A stretch of 64,000 bases of DNA from Zootoca vivipara (taxonomy: Eukaryota). The stretch's first letter is position 1. Each line of letters begins with the position of its first letter. The position numbers and the translations under genes were made by a program. The notes under the pieces were generated by a model, which saw nothing but the letters and a program-made list of their open reading frames with translations, did no database searches and was not told the DNA's origin. This document shows positions 49,341 to 62,103 of the stretch, one piece after another. The stretch is taken from assembly GCF_963506605.1 (NCBI RefSeq), contig NC_083282.1, positions 17,484,001-17,548,000 of the forward strand, written 5' to 3'.

Positions 49341-50005
49341 GCCATCACATCTCCTTTCGGTCTGCTCTTAATTCCAGGCTAAACATACCCAACTTTCTCA
49401 ACAACTCCTCTTAAGGCTTGGTTTCCAGACCCTTGATCATCTTGGGTGCCCTCCTCTGCACATGTTCCAACTTACCAATATCCTTCTTAAATTGTGGTAC
49501 CCACATGAATCAGAAGGAAGGGGTTGTGGTCAGTGCGCTTTATCTTCACTGTTACATCATGAATCTTTGCACCTGGAAGACAGCAAACGTCCCAGGACAT
49601 CCTTTTTACCTTTGCATACTGCTGCCTTTGTTCCCCTTAGTCTGGAGTCACCTACCACCACCACACAGGTTTTCCTCCTCTGGGAAGTGGCAGGAATCCT
49701 TCTGTACAGTGTACTTTCCACAGATACCTCAGGTGTATTTTGAGGTCTGCAACTGCTGTACTTGCTCCTCTGGTCCAGAATTGGTGTCCAAGGTGAGGGC
49801 ATGGAATTGGTTTCACAGCTCCAGTGACACAGCATGGCACAGCAAAGACACTCCTGACAGTGCTTCTTCTCTGTGTGTCCCATTCTTCCAGGGCTTTGTC
49901 TCCTGCAATGAGTGACCTTCCTCCTTCCTAGGGGTACCCCCCCCCCCCCGCATAGCTGTTGCAGGACTGTCTACTCTGCTCTAGTGAGAAATTATTCATC
50001 TTACC

Positions 50006-50138
50006 CAGGCACCCCCTAAATGCGGCCCTCCAGTTTTGGACTACAATTCCCATCATCCCTGACCACTGGTCCTGTTAGCTAGGGATCATGGGAGCTGTAG
50101 GCCAAAACATCTGGAGGGCCGCAGTTTGGGGATGCCTG
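50006..50138. mobile_element. hAT-type MITE nested in CR1
   Basis: TIRs; TSD ATCTTACC. Confidence 0.9.
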
Positions 50139-50852
50139 ATCTTACCCAATAACTTGCAGTGTGGATAGGTGGGCCTCAAGTTGCTGCTCCAGCAAAGCAA
50201 CCTGTTTGCACATTCTCAGGCAGGATGACAGACGTTGCACAGGTGCTGCAGATCACTGCAGCAGCTCCCTGGCCATCCATTTCTCTTAGTCCTACATATC
50301 ACCATGAGACAACATTCCAAGCTTCCCCCACTTGCAACACCCCTGCTTACAAGACCTGGTCATGAGCTCCCAGAGGCTGCAATCAGCTAAATAGAACTGC
50401 TGCTGGCTGCTAACCAATGAATGCACAGCTCCAAATGTGTGCCAAGATTACCTCCAGCCATTGTCATTTGTTACTGACCGAATTTTGTAGACTTAGTATG
50501 AGGTGAGTGAACCCTGAGGACAAATTCTGCTGGAGTTATAAATTGAGGGAAACTGATTGGATAGACTTAACTATAGCCCTCAGTAGACATGTGGCTGTTT
50601 ACTACTTTGCCTGGGCTCCTGGATCAATAGATTCGAATCTGGTTTCAGATTATTCAGAATATATACAGCCATATCCATTTGTTTTTCACAATCTGCATTG
50701 TCAGAAGGGGATAATTTAGGTAAAAACTCTTAATTGAATAACAAAACCTCATCGCTATTAAGAGCCAAACCCTGTCTGTCAAAATTCTCAGATATTAATG
50801 CACTGGTAGAAACACCTCAGTCTATTCATTTATTCCTGACTTTCCCGACTAT

Positions 50853-51301
50853 CCCAGTAGTGATGTATGGAAGTGAGAGCTGGACCATAAAGAAGGCTGA
50901 TCGCCGAAGAATTGATGCTTTTGAATTATGGTGCTGGAGGAGACTCTTGAGAGTCCCATGGACTGCAAGAAGATCAAACCTATCCATTCTGAAGGAAATC
51001 AGCCCTGAGTGCTCACTGGAAGGACAGATCCTGAAGCTGAGACTCAAAGTATTGGACTCCAATACTTTGGCCACCTCATGAGAAGAGAAGAATCCTTGGA
51101 AAAGACCTTGATGTTGGGAAAGATGGAGGGCACTAGGAGAAGGGGACGACAGAGGATAAGATGGTTGGACAGTGTTCTCAAAGCTACGGACATGAGTTTG
51201 ACCAAACTGCAGGAGGCAGTGCAAGACAGGAGTGCCTGGCGTGCTATGGTCCATGGGGTCACGAAGAGTCGGACACGACTAAACGACTAAACAACAACAA
51301 C
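50853..51301 (+). mobile_element. BovB (RTE) LINE 3' fragment
   Basis: PVVMYGSESWTIKKADRRRIDAFELWCWRRLLRVPWTARRSN...QYFGHLMRR...; (AAC)n tail. Confidence 0.95.
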
Positions 51302-51334
51302 CAGAACAGTCCATGAGCAAGGGCTAATTCATGC

Positions 51335-51546
51335 GGCCATCCCATCAGATGCCAAGGAAATTAACAATTATCTGACTTTTAGAAGCCATCTGAAGGCAGC
51401 TCTGTTTAGGGAAGTTTAAAATGTTTGATGTTTAATGGCTTTTTAATATTTTGTTGGGAGCTGCCCAGAGTGGCGTGGGAGGCCTGGCCAGATGGGCAGG
51501 GTATAAGTTATTAATTTATTAATTTATTATAATTAATTAATTAATT
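51335..51546 (+). mobile_element. L2-clade LINE 3' end (same family as 28950-29313)
   Basis: Homologous 3' end (TTTAGAAGCCATCTGAAGGCAGC...GCCCAGAGTGG...CCAGATGGGCAGGGTATAA). Confidence 0.8.
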
Positions 51547-51700
51547 TCAGTGTCAGCTGTGGGCAGGGCTGGCCCAAGACATTTTTGTAGATGAAGTATT
51601 GTAGATGAAGTATAGAACATGTTATTTCACTACTTCATGTACAGAAGTCAGCCAGACTTAGATGTGAGTTGAGCTCTTTGAATAGACACACAGCCTAAAC

Positions 51701-51836
51701 CAGGCATAGGCAAACTCGGCCCTCCAGATGTTTTGGGACTACAATTCCCATCATCCCTGACTACTGGTCCTGTTATCTAGGGGTCATGGGAGTTGTAGTC
51801 CCAAAACATCTGGAGGGCCGAGTTTGCCTATGCCTG
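51701..51836. mobile_element. hAT-type MITE
   Basis: CAGGCATAGGCAAACTC TIRs; TSD not conserved. Confidence 0.85.
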
Positions 51837-52794
51837 GATCTATGCTGAAGCCAGAACAGTTGTATAGTTGAGGTTCTGTTCTTTATTCCCCACCTGACTC
51901 CCTGCATTCCTGACCATTCCGTTGGTGAAAGCGGAATTTTGGATGATATTCAGCATTTGTCAGAGTGGGCCCATTGATACCAATATATGTAGGCTCATTG
52001 ATTACAGTGGATCTACTTTGAGTAGGACTTAATCCTTTCTTCTTTGGGAAGGAAACTCCTCCACTGATTTGGGGTCCTTTTTCCTGCTGTAGCTTTGTTC
52101 ATTTTTTTTTAATAACTCCTTGGTTTGCTGTGATGCTGGTTTCTAATTCTCCTGGGATGCTTTTTGCTGCACTTTCCTTGCTAATTTTCTCTGACAGTAA
52201 TGCCTACATCTATGGCTTGCCACTTCTGCCACAGCAGGAGCACCTTCCTGTTATATCAACAGCTGGTCGAATGGTGCGATAATGAAGATAAAGGAAGCTG
52301 TACACCCAATGCCATTCTCTCTGAGGACTGTGCTTCACCCTTATTAGTTATTGTTTTGGGTTCTAATAACTGCACAACCCCTTCCTTGTGTGTGCATGAT
52401 TTATACTTCCTGCTGTTGTATGCCATATAATGAATGATAACATTTGCTGGGAGATTCCCTTTAGCCCTGGCGGAACCACCATCTTTTTTTCTCATTAGGA
52501 AGAAGAAACTGGAAACCTACCGGTAATTGAATACTTTTACATACAGAATATTTTGCTCTAAAATTAATTTGGTTAACATAATTTTGTCACTGTGGTGACA
52601 AAATGCATTCTGATAGTTTGCATTGAGTAATAAAAGATTGCAGAAATTCTACTTCTCATATTTCTTTTTCTGGATTACTTTTTTTTAAAAAAATAGAAGT
52701 TAGGGATATTAACAGAACAATCCAACCATTGAGACAAGGGAGGCAGGGAAAACCAATGGCAGAGGATCTGGAATATGCATTGCCTTGCTTGGAT

Positions 52795-53150
52795 GGTTAA
52801 GTCGAGTCAAAGGTGACTATGGGGTAGTGGTGCTAATCTCACTTTCAGGTCAAGGGAGGCGTTGTTTGTCCACAGACAGTTTTCCGGGTCATGTGGCCAG
52901 CATGACTAAACTACTTCTGGTGCAACAGAACACCGTGATGGAAACCAGAGTGCACAGAAACACTATTTACCTTCCCACTGCACCGGTACCTATTTATCTA
53001 TTTCACTGGTGTGCTTTCGAACTGCTAGGTTGGCAGGAGCTGGGACAGAGCAATGAGAGCTCACCCCATTGCGGGAATTCGAACCACCGACCTTCAGATC
53101 AGCAAGCCCAAGAGTCTCAGTGGTTTAGACCACAGCATCACCCGCATCCC
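52795..53150 (-). mobile_element. Sauria SINE
   Basis: Reverse complement homologous to 45922-46291. Confidence 0.85.
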
Positions 53151-55329
53151 AGCCGCAGATTCCCATATCATCTCACCATCCATGGCATCAGCAGTAGATA
53201 GTGCGGTGGGGCTGCACAGCTCACCTGGTCTCTCTCCAAGGAAGTTGCTGCTGTGTCCCATGATGGAAAAGGCAGGAGCAAGGTGGTCGTGAGGTTGGAG
53301 TGGTGGAAACATGCCAGCAGGATCCATTGGTGTGTTTGCACCATGCTGACCTTGTGTCAATGATATCTGTTTCCCAAAGATGTAAGCTGTGATGTTCTGG
53401 TGTTTGTATGTAATACTGAATGTACATGCAGTATGCTAAGTAAAGTAATGTTGCATAATGGTAAGTATAATAGTTAAGGTAATGTTAGATAGGGAGGGGG
53501 AATGCTGGTGGTGAGTGATGACAGCTTGAAAGCAAGGTGGTCTAGGAGAGTGTGGGCAGTGCCTGAGTATCTCTGAAAAAAGAGGGTGGTGTTGCGACAT
53601 AAACCTAGATTTATGGCTAGAAATTAGCTGAATGAAAGAGCAGCATGTGAACATGTCTCTTTGTGAGAGGGCCATATGTGTAACTAAGGGAAATTTCAAG
53701 GAAGTGCAGCTATGTAAGTATGACTTGTGGGTAAGAATTAATTGAGCTAGAATTTCATTTCCAATAAAAAAATACACTGAAGTATAAAAATATTTAGGGA
53801 CTAATTTAATGAAGTGGTGCATGAGAGCTCATTTCTTACAGTGCAATCATATGCATGGCTACTCAGGAGTAAATCATTGAATTCAGTCGGGATTATTTCC
53901 ACGTAAATGTGCAAAGAATTGCAGTCTTAGATTCTCATTTTGGATGCATACTGTTTCTATGTACTTCAAAACTCCATCAACCACTTTCCCCAAATTATTA
54001 CCTAGGACTTCCTTAAGGGATTGATCATAGGAATTAGAGGAGCATCAGATGATGTTCATCTGGCTGTAACTCCAAAAGAAAGGAATCACTTTGTTCCTAA
54101 GAGTCAAAAATATCTTGTCTGATTGAACATCAATTTTGCACACACACACAAAAATTGCAGGCTATAAAAAATGGAAAACCCTTGGTAGATATCTGTTATG
54201 GGAAGATTTACTTTATGGAATTTTCACTGACTGCAGTGGTCTCAGTGCTTGCCAATTTGAAATACGTTTTCTTTTTTCAGCCAAATGTGTTTTAATGTCT
54301 TTTATTCTTCCCTTACTTCCCTTGCATTTTGATTCCAATTTCTGCAAACTATGGTCATAACTGGCTTTTGTACTGGAATGACCTGCCCTTCTAATGCACC
54401 TGACTCAGCAGTATAACCGAGCTCCCTTGTGTACAACTACTGCTAATTCCCATCTGGCAACCAGCCTTTGATTCATGCAAAGTTAAACAAATTTAGTCAT
54501 CGCCCTTCCAAAATGCCAGGCCATGCGGCTAGTGCAATGACCCAGAATTTTCCATTCTTTGTGACATGGTGTGCTTGCATGTCAGGAGCTGTGATCTCCA
54601 GACTGTTTTGGAAGTTACACAGAAGACCTCATCTTAATTAAACTCCTCACCATGCTACATGTCAAAATCTATCCAAGGGTATAAGCTTTTGAATTCTTCC
54701 ATCCATATTTCAGTTTAATTTCCTCTGCATCAAGGTGTATAGATTCTACAGTGCATGCCTATTATTTTTTCCATGAGAAAAAGAGACTGGCATTTTCCCC
54801 CAGAGCAAACTGTGCTTCTCTAAAAGGGCTCTTTCTCTTGTTATTTGGATAGTATATGATGATGCCCAAATATCTGTGTTTTCAAGGCAGAAACAAATGA
54901 GAAGATGAGCATCAGGTTCCCAGAAGAATGACAACCACATGACTAGACAACCACATCTTCTATCCTTGTAACGTGGTCCATGGCACATCACTGAGGTCAG
55001 AGAGATATATGATGTGATTATACAGTAGTGTCATATAACCATATCCGAATGAATTGTTAAACATTCAGAATGAGGGTAAAAAACATTGCCTTCACTCTGA
55101 ATTGGCTTTCAGAGTGATAGAAGTTGTGGAAGAGGAAAATCTGCATCCCCACCAGCAGCAGCAGCTGAGACAACTGTAAAGCAGGTAAAACTTTTGTTAC
55201 CACATTCCTGCTTTGTTTTGTTACTGCTTCCCACTGAAGGGAGAGGAGAGTCACTGGACCACCCCTGGAGGACACTGGACCCACCAACCACTGATTTGCA
55301 ACAGCTGGCTTTGACACCAAACTTCTGGG

Positions 55330-55665
55330 TGGGGTGAGGAGGTTAAAGGGGGGAAATTATTGGTTTGATGTGAAAGATTTTTGGACTTGGGGAGCTTGAG
55401 CTTTTGTTTATTTGTTAATTACCGGTAGTGGGTTTTATTATTCGTGGGTTAATAATCAATCTGATTATTGCTTTGTTTGTTATTTGAGATGTTTTAAAAT
55501 AGAAAATGATGTTATGTTATATGAAATATTAATGTACGTATTGTATGATTTCCCCCCAACTTTTTGTATATCTTTTTGTTGTTGTTGTTGTTGCTGCTGC
55601 TGTAAGTCGCTTGGAGAACTTCTGGTGGAAAGCAACTAATAGGTCTAATAAAGAAATGAAATGGT
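55330..55665 (+). mobile_element. Probable LINE (L2-like) 3' UTR
   Basis: T-rich UTR ending TGTAAGTCGCTTGGAG...GAAAGCAACTAA...AATAAAGAAATGAAATG. Confidence 0.45.
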
Positions 55666-55687
55666 ATGAAAATGTGTTAACACTATA

Positions 55688-56822
55688 GATTAACGATCTT
55701 TATAAAATTTACAGCTTTTCCAGGCAGAAGAACCAGACCTCACACCATGCATAGACTCTTGGTAAATTAATGGATCTCCTTGCCCTATAGCTGAACTTAG
55801 CTTCAGGTCGCTGCTCCAATTCAAAGTGCGTCACAACTCATAAATCCTCCGAACGCGTCCAGGCACTCCTCCCATCCAACTAGAGGGGGGCTTTTCTCGT
55901 CAGCAACTCCTCATCTTCAAAAAATATGCTCAATAACAACAGTTTATAAAGTTCAACTCACACAGTCTTTTGCTTCTCTTTCACTCCAAACAAGCCAGGA
56001 CATCACGTCTGGGAAGGTACGAAGTAACTCATATGAAAAAAAATAAAAAAGACTCGCTTCCCTTATCGCTCCGTCCCCATCAATCCTTCTTCCAGATGAA
56101 ATACAGCCTTTAACTCCTCACCCTCAGCAGCATAGATTTCTCGGCAGTAAACAGCGCTTCTGCCCCTCCTTCTGAAGTATGTCCATAGATTTAAGCCTAA
56201 TTATCTTCTTTAATCATGGAGATCCCCGCCATGCAGATTAGCGTCCGGGAGTCCTGGCTCTCGTAAGTGCTTCAGCCCAAGCTCCCCCCACTCCATAAAC
56301 AGTCGGAGTGGGTCTGGGGGCATCGCGGGCCAGCGGCCCCTCTCCGTAATCCCCGTTAATCTATGAGAGAAAACGAAAGTGATTTGAGTTTTTTTAAGAT
56401 GGCGCTGCTTCGTGTTGAGAGTCAACGCAATAGGGACGCTCCAGACCAAGAAGATTTATGGGGAGGCTGGACTGATTAACTCACACAGGAGAAAGAACAT
56501 TTGTGAAACTTTGTTTGACATTTATCTCAGCAGCTGGGAAATAATCGGTTGAAAGAGGAAAACATCTTTGTGACTGTAAGGGAAAGATCTGGATTATTAT
56601 GAACTCGGAGAGACGATTTGAACTTTAGAAAAAAGACGGCAGTGGACGGTTGCGAGGAATCCCCAATTTCTTGAAGCATGGGAACCTAAAAAAATTTTCT
56701 AGATGATTTGGCATAACATTCGGTTTGATTGATATATATGTGTATAATTTGAAATAATGAATGTGATATAATTGGTTTTAATTGGAAAAATTAATAAAAA
56801 TATATTTAAAAAAAAGAAAAAA
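55688..56822 (+). mobile_element. Poly(A) retroposon (L1-type mobilisation), probably 5'-inverted
   Basis: 20-bp TSD GAAAATGTGTTAACACTATA (55668-55687, 56823-56842); AATAAA plus A-tail; purine skew flips near 56445. Confidence 0.8.
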
Positions 56823-57480
56823 GAAAATGTGTTAACACTATAATAAGGTATTGTATGGATTAAAGAGAAAGGCACCCATTCTCTCTTTAAATGTGATACA
56901 CCTGGATGTTTTGCATTAACAAGGTAATTGGAATTCTGCAAAGTTTTTTAGACCCCCTTCCACTCTGCAAAATTCCTTTTAACTAAGACAAAATAGGAGT
57001 CAGTACATGAGGTAGCATGTTCTGGAAGACTTCTGTGAGGAGGTAAATTCTGATTCTTTCTCCCTTTCTGTTGTAGTCAAGACATCTCATGTTGCTGTGT
57101 ATAAAAATGCAGATATATCACAATGGATTTCTGCACAGAGAATTTTAATGTTATGTCCGACAGGTCCCCCTTTTTGATATTGCTCTCTTATATTGTGTCT
57201 TTTTCCTCTTAGAAATCGGGGAATGGATGAGTTCATAAATACACATTTTGGCATGTTCCTAACAAGCATAGGGTGGTATACAAATCCAATGAATAAATCA
57301 TATTAATATTTCTATGAGTGAAGGGAATATCAGTTCATGGTTAGGTTGCCAAAAGATAATAGAGATCAAAGAAAGGTAGCTCAACCATGACCTAAATGTC
57401 AAATATCTTATTTTGGAACTTAAAAGAAACCTGTTGTTGGAATATGCTTAGACTCGTGATAAAATTAATAGCTATTAGTA

Positions 57481-57808
57481 GGGACGCAGCTGGCGCTGTG
57501 AGTTAAACCACAGGGCCTAGGGCTTGCCAATCAGAAGGTTGGCGGTTTGAATCCCTGCGACGGGGTGAGCTCCCATTGCTCGGTCCCAGCTCCTGCCCAC
57601 CTAGCAGTTCGAAAGCACAAAAAGTGCAGGTAGATAAATAGGTACCACTCCGGAGGAAAGGTAAACGGTGTTTCCGGGTGCTGCTCTGGTTCGCCAGAAG
57701 CGACTTAGTCATGCTGGCGACATGACCCGGAAGCTGTCTGCGGACATGTAGCGCCGCAACCCCAGAGTCGTCCGAGACTGGACCTAACGGTCAGGGGTAC
57801 CTTTACCT
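57481..57808 (+). mobile_element. Sauria SINE
   Basis: GGGACGCAGCTGGCGCTGTG...GGGGTACCTTTACC. Confidence 0.9.
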
Positions 57809-60553
57809 AGTTAAATAATGCTGAGCTTAATGCCTTTCTTTGCTAATTGATCCATAAGCCCACAAAAGTCTCTATAAATATAGTGAAATTTGTATAGTGC
57901 ATTAGGTTCTTTCCACAATAACCTCCCTGGAATTTGGGCTGTGAAAGCTCCTTGTTATTCAGCATGGCTTCTTCTCGTCTCCATTGGGACAGCTGAGAAA
58001 TATGATTATGGAAATGATTCTTTTTAGAAAAGCAACACTCCTTTAATAATTTTAAGAAAGGTGTTCTACTTATTTACTTCTTGTAGAATTTCTATACCAC
58101 CATATCATAAAATATCAATTCAGTGTACACTGTTAAAATATAAATCATATCTTACATTTACATCATTTTTTTTAAAAACACAGGTATTCATTAAGGAACA
58201 AGACCGGCTTATCACAGTGTGTTTTTGTCTATATTCTTCACCAAGCTTTATCAACCTTTCTGAATCAGAGAGCACATTTCGAATTTTGAGAGGGTGCTCT
58301 GAGTGCTAGTCACCAAATGACTGCATTGTGTGTGGGGGGCATGACATAACATAAAATAGCCGCCATTGAGGCATGGCATAATATAAGAATCATTACTGCT
58401 TCTCTCTGCATCTACTTCCCAGACAACTTCATACATACCATGGGAAGTCGACTATGTCTTGCTGGTGCTAATTATGGAGATAAAGCTGCTAAAGGCACAA
58501 TAACTCTGTTCCCCCCCCCCCAGTGCTAATCCTAAATCCAAGCATATGCTGCCATCCTGTAACCCCTTACCTGGAATTAAGCCTATTTAAAGAGTTGTCC
58601 CTCTAAGTAGACATCTATACCAGAGTACTGTAAGTTAACTATGGCATTTGCAGAACATAACTTTTAGAGAGTACCTGATCTCAGATGAACCCAGCGTAGG
58701 AAAGATGCTAGGGGGGAGAAGGAAGGACAAAACTACGGAGATTCCAGTGGCTCCTAGAAAACAACACGGAAGCAGGAAAAGTGCACTAAAGGGGAGAGAG
58801 AAATGCCTGGAACAGAATTAAGGACAATGTGGGGAGAAGAGCGGGAGAGAAAATTCTGTTGCACAGCCAAAAATCCTTGTGCCGGAGAAAGCACATTGTC
58901 AGATACAGCACCTAGTAAGAGACTAGTGAAATGTTGGGGTGTGGAGTGTTCAACTGACTGCATTTTAATTTCTGAAAGCGGTGTGAGATATAAGGCCATG
59001 AGAGAAATTCTTTTCCAGAAATGAATGCACCCCCCGCGCCCATTATCTTATTCCTTTATGCTTCATTTAACGGTTTGACCATGCAGCCTTACACACCCAC
59101 CTACATGTTTTTCAGTTTTGTGTTACAGCATTAATCTACTAATATTAGAATGTATGTAGGAATCTGGCAACTGGTTTGAGAAATACCGTAGGAGATAATG
59201 TTTCTTCTTATATCCATGTGAACTTCATTTATTTAGTCATTTTTAAATGTATCCTCTCACTTTTGGACTACTGCCAAGTACTCTTCTCTGGGAAAAACAA
59301 CAACAACAGAATAATGAAATACATGGGAGGAATGTGCCTCCTGCTAAAATGTCAGTATCCTGTACTTTTATTATATATTCTGAACTTGTTATCACCTTTC
59401 ACCTGCTCCGAGCACAGCTGCGGTTATCTCACCAAAAGAGAAAACACTTAAAACACAATGCTTGCAAAATATGGTGGTCACAACTCCTGTATTGGCTGCC
59501 TCCCTGGGGCTGTAGAAAAGAGGCAGCTGCGATACACTTGCCAAATCATAGGCACAAACTCAAAGGGACCTTCCCTGCAAACAGCTGCTGCTTTCCCTTG
59601 CATCCTCCAGCCTCCTGCCAGCCCCAGAGCTTCAATTCTAGTTGTGGATATTTTTGGATATACTGTAGTATTTTTTGGCCTGGATTGAAGAGAGAGTGGC
59701 AAAGAGGGTGTTTAGAGGATGCTCCCCACTTTATGCTATTTTACTTATGTGTGCGGGGGCCCGGAACGCAACCCCTGTGTAAGTTGGGAGGGATGCCAGT
59801 ATAGGGTAAGGAGATCATTCAAGTTGTTAAGGGTTTTATATACTTATAGCAACACCTTGATCCTGGTTATATTGATCATGATTGATGTAGGCATATTGAT
59901 CACGATTGATGTTTCCTCTCAGGCATGCTTATCTTCCATTACTGATCTTTACACTGACAAATCCCTGATAATCTTATGAGGAAACCCATGGGTTGAAAAC
60001 TCCTGGTCTAAACCAAGTCCTATTTTCAAATGCATGGAACTAGGAGTAGACGATTAGTCCTTTTCTAAATGAATATGTGTCCCATTCATTGACCACTCAT
60101 GCTCCTACCAACTTTTTGCTAATCACATATTCTACCCAAACTGGACAGCACAGATCAGTGAGTGCACTGAAAGGAAGATAGCATAGCAATTAAGACTGAA
60201 CCATTTAATTGTTTCTGGTGGAAACTGCCAAAAGAAATCAATGACATTGGCTCCAGTAACAGGTGCTGAAACAAAGTGCTCAGGTTTTGCTTTTGTAAAG
60301 ATTGATTCCCATGAGAGGACAATAAAGTTGTTTTGTATTTTATAATTCCTACAAAAGAAATTGTGTGCACAGTTCACTTTTTGGTACTTTCATCTTGAAA
60401 TCCTGTACTAACAAACAGGAGGCAACTCTGTTGAGGTGTCCAGTGCTCTGTCCAGCTGTTGGTGCAGCTGTTTTGATCCCCAGCATCCTCGGGTAGGGCT
60501 GAAATGAGCCTCTTGTCTCAGGCCCTGAAGAGTCACTGCCAATCAGTGTAGAC

Positions 60554-60689
60554 CAGGCATGTCAAACCTGCGGCCCTCCAGATGTTTTGGCCTACAACTC
60601 CCATGATCCCTAGCTAGCAGGACCAGTGGTTGGGGAAGATGGGAATTGTAGTCCAAAACATCTGGAGGGCCGCAGGTTTGACATGCCTG
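60554..60689. mobile_element. hAT-type MITE nested in a SINE
   Basis: CAGGCATGTCAAAC TIRs; TSD GTGTAGAC. Confidence 0.92.
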
Positions 60690-61834
60690 GTGTAGACTAT
60701 ACTGGGCTAGACAGTCAAATGGTCTTACTCAGAATAATTCAGTATGCTAAATTCCTGCTCTCTTTCCCTTCCCCCCAGTGAGATGACAATAGAGGAAATT
60801 AATTGGTTCCATCACCTGATTTTGGAGTGAGCTGGAATACCTGGTGGTGCAGTGGCACAGTTTTCAAGAAATGTTGATTACTTCTCTCCTCTGCCTTGCG
60901 AATCAGTGAGATTAGGTCCGTGGAAGGGGGCCGGGTTGTTTGCCAGGTTTCAAATTGTTGGCAACCATCACTAAGGCTCCCTTTCAAATGTGCATTGAAA
61001 CTAACAGGGTGACAGCCAGATACAATTAGGCAAATTTCCTTTGCTTTCCCTGGGATTTAGGACTCTTTATTTAATTTAATTCCCTCAGCTGTGTAAAAAT
61101 TCAGTTGCGTAGCATTTGGAGGAAAGTATAAATGAAACGAGCCGGAATGGGTTTACGGATACTGCCTTGCTACAATCTCTTGAATGACTTAGATTGGTAG
61201 TGAATAATTTCAGAATGCTTGAGGAATTCTGTCTTTTTGTGTGTGTGAATATCTTAATCCACACCTTTCAATCTCTATGATTCTTCTAATGTCCACACCA
61301 AACATTTGAACCTGGCTCCCCACTGAATTTCACTTGACATTTTAAATGTGTCAAAACATGCATTAACATATTTTGAGAGAAAAATATACATTTGAATACA
61401 TATTTTAAAAGAAAGCACATGTTCCAATATGCATTTTGAGAAGGTTTCTTTTTAAAAAAATCCACAGATTAGTGTGGAGACAGAATGCAATGGAATCATG
61501 CTTAAAACACATAAACAAGACAAGAAGTAGAAGCAGATGGATTTGCTAATCTCTAATTAAATTGATCTGGGAACTATCAGTGATCCCTGGCACATTTTTT
61601 GGTCTCTTGACTCCAAAATGAAAGACAGGGAAATGCTGACTGGTCTGTGATTTCGTCACATTTTTACTGCATGAGGAATAGCCAGCCCACTTCTGGTTGT
61701 GGGTACAAAGCTTTATTAGCCACAGAGGACAATGCCAGTTGTGTTGAGGAGCATGACTTAAATGTGCCAGCCTGTTGGTTGCATTTACTTATACTTCTGC
61801 TTCCAGAGCGTTTATATTTTCAGGACATAATGAA

Positions 61835-62103
61835 AAGAAGAAGAAGAAGAAGAAGAAGAGAGGAAGAGTTTGGATTTGATATCCTGCTTTATCACTATCC
61901 GAAGGAGTCTCAAAACGGCTAACATTCTCCTTTCCCTTCCTCCCCCACAACAAACACTCTGTGAGGTGAGTAGGGCTGAGAGACTTCAGAGAAGCATGAC
62001 TAGCCCAAGGTCACCCAGCAGCTGCATGTGGAGGAACAGAGACGTGAACCCGGTTCACCAGATTACAAGTCTACCGCTCTTAACCGCTATACCACACTGG
62101 CTC
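61835..62103 (-). mobile_element. tRNA-derived CORE-type SINE (Squam3-like) with (CTT)n tail
   Basis: Minus strand GAGCCAGTGTGGTATAGCGGTTAAGAGC...GGTTCACG (A/B boxes); GGGTGACCTTGGGCTAGTC core; (CTT)n tail. Confidence 0.85.

Larger units (their letters stand above)
48878..50460 (-). mobile_element. Internally deleted CR1 LINE (ORF1 5' part fused to ORF2 3' part) with nested solo LTR and MITE
   Basis: ORF1-like MDGQGAAAVICSTC (~50280), VVVVGDSRLRG and PFLLIHVGT, followed directly by ORF2-like [19 protein letters not shown]...LGMFSLE. Confidence 0.75.

Noticed and set aside
59247-59804. 185-aa ORF
   Set aside because: No domain similarity or exon signals recognised.
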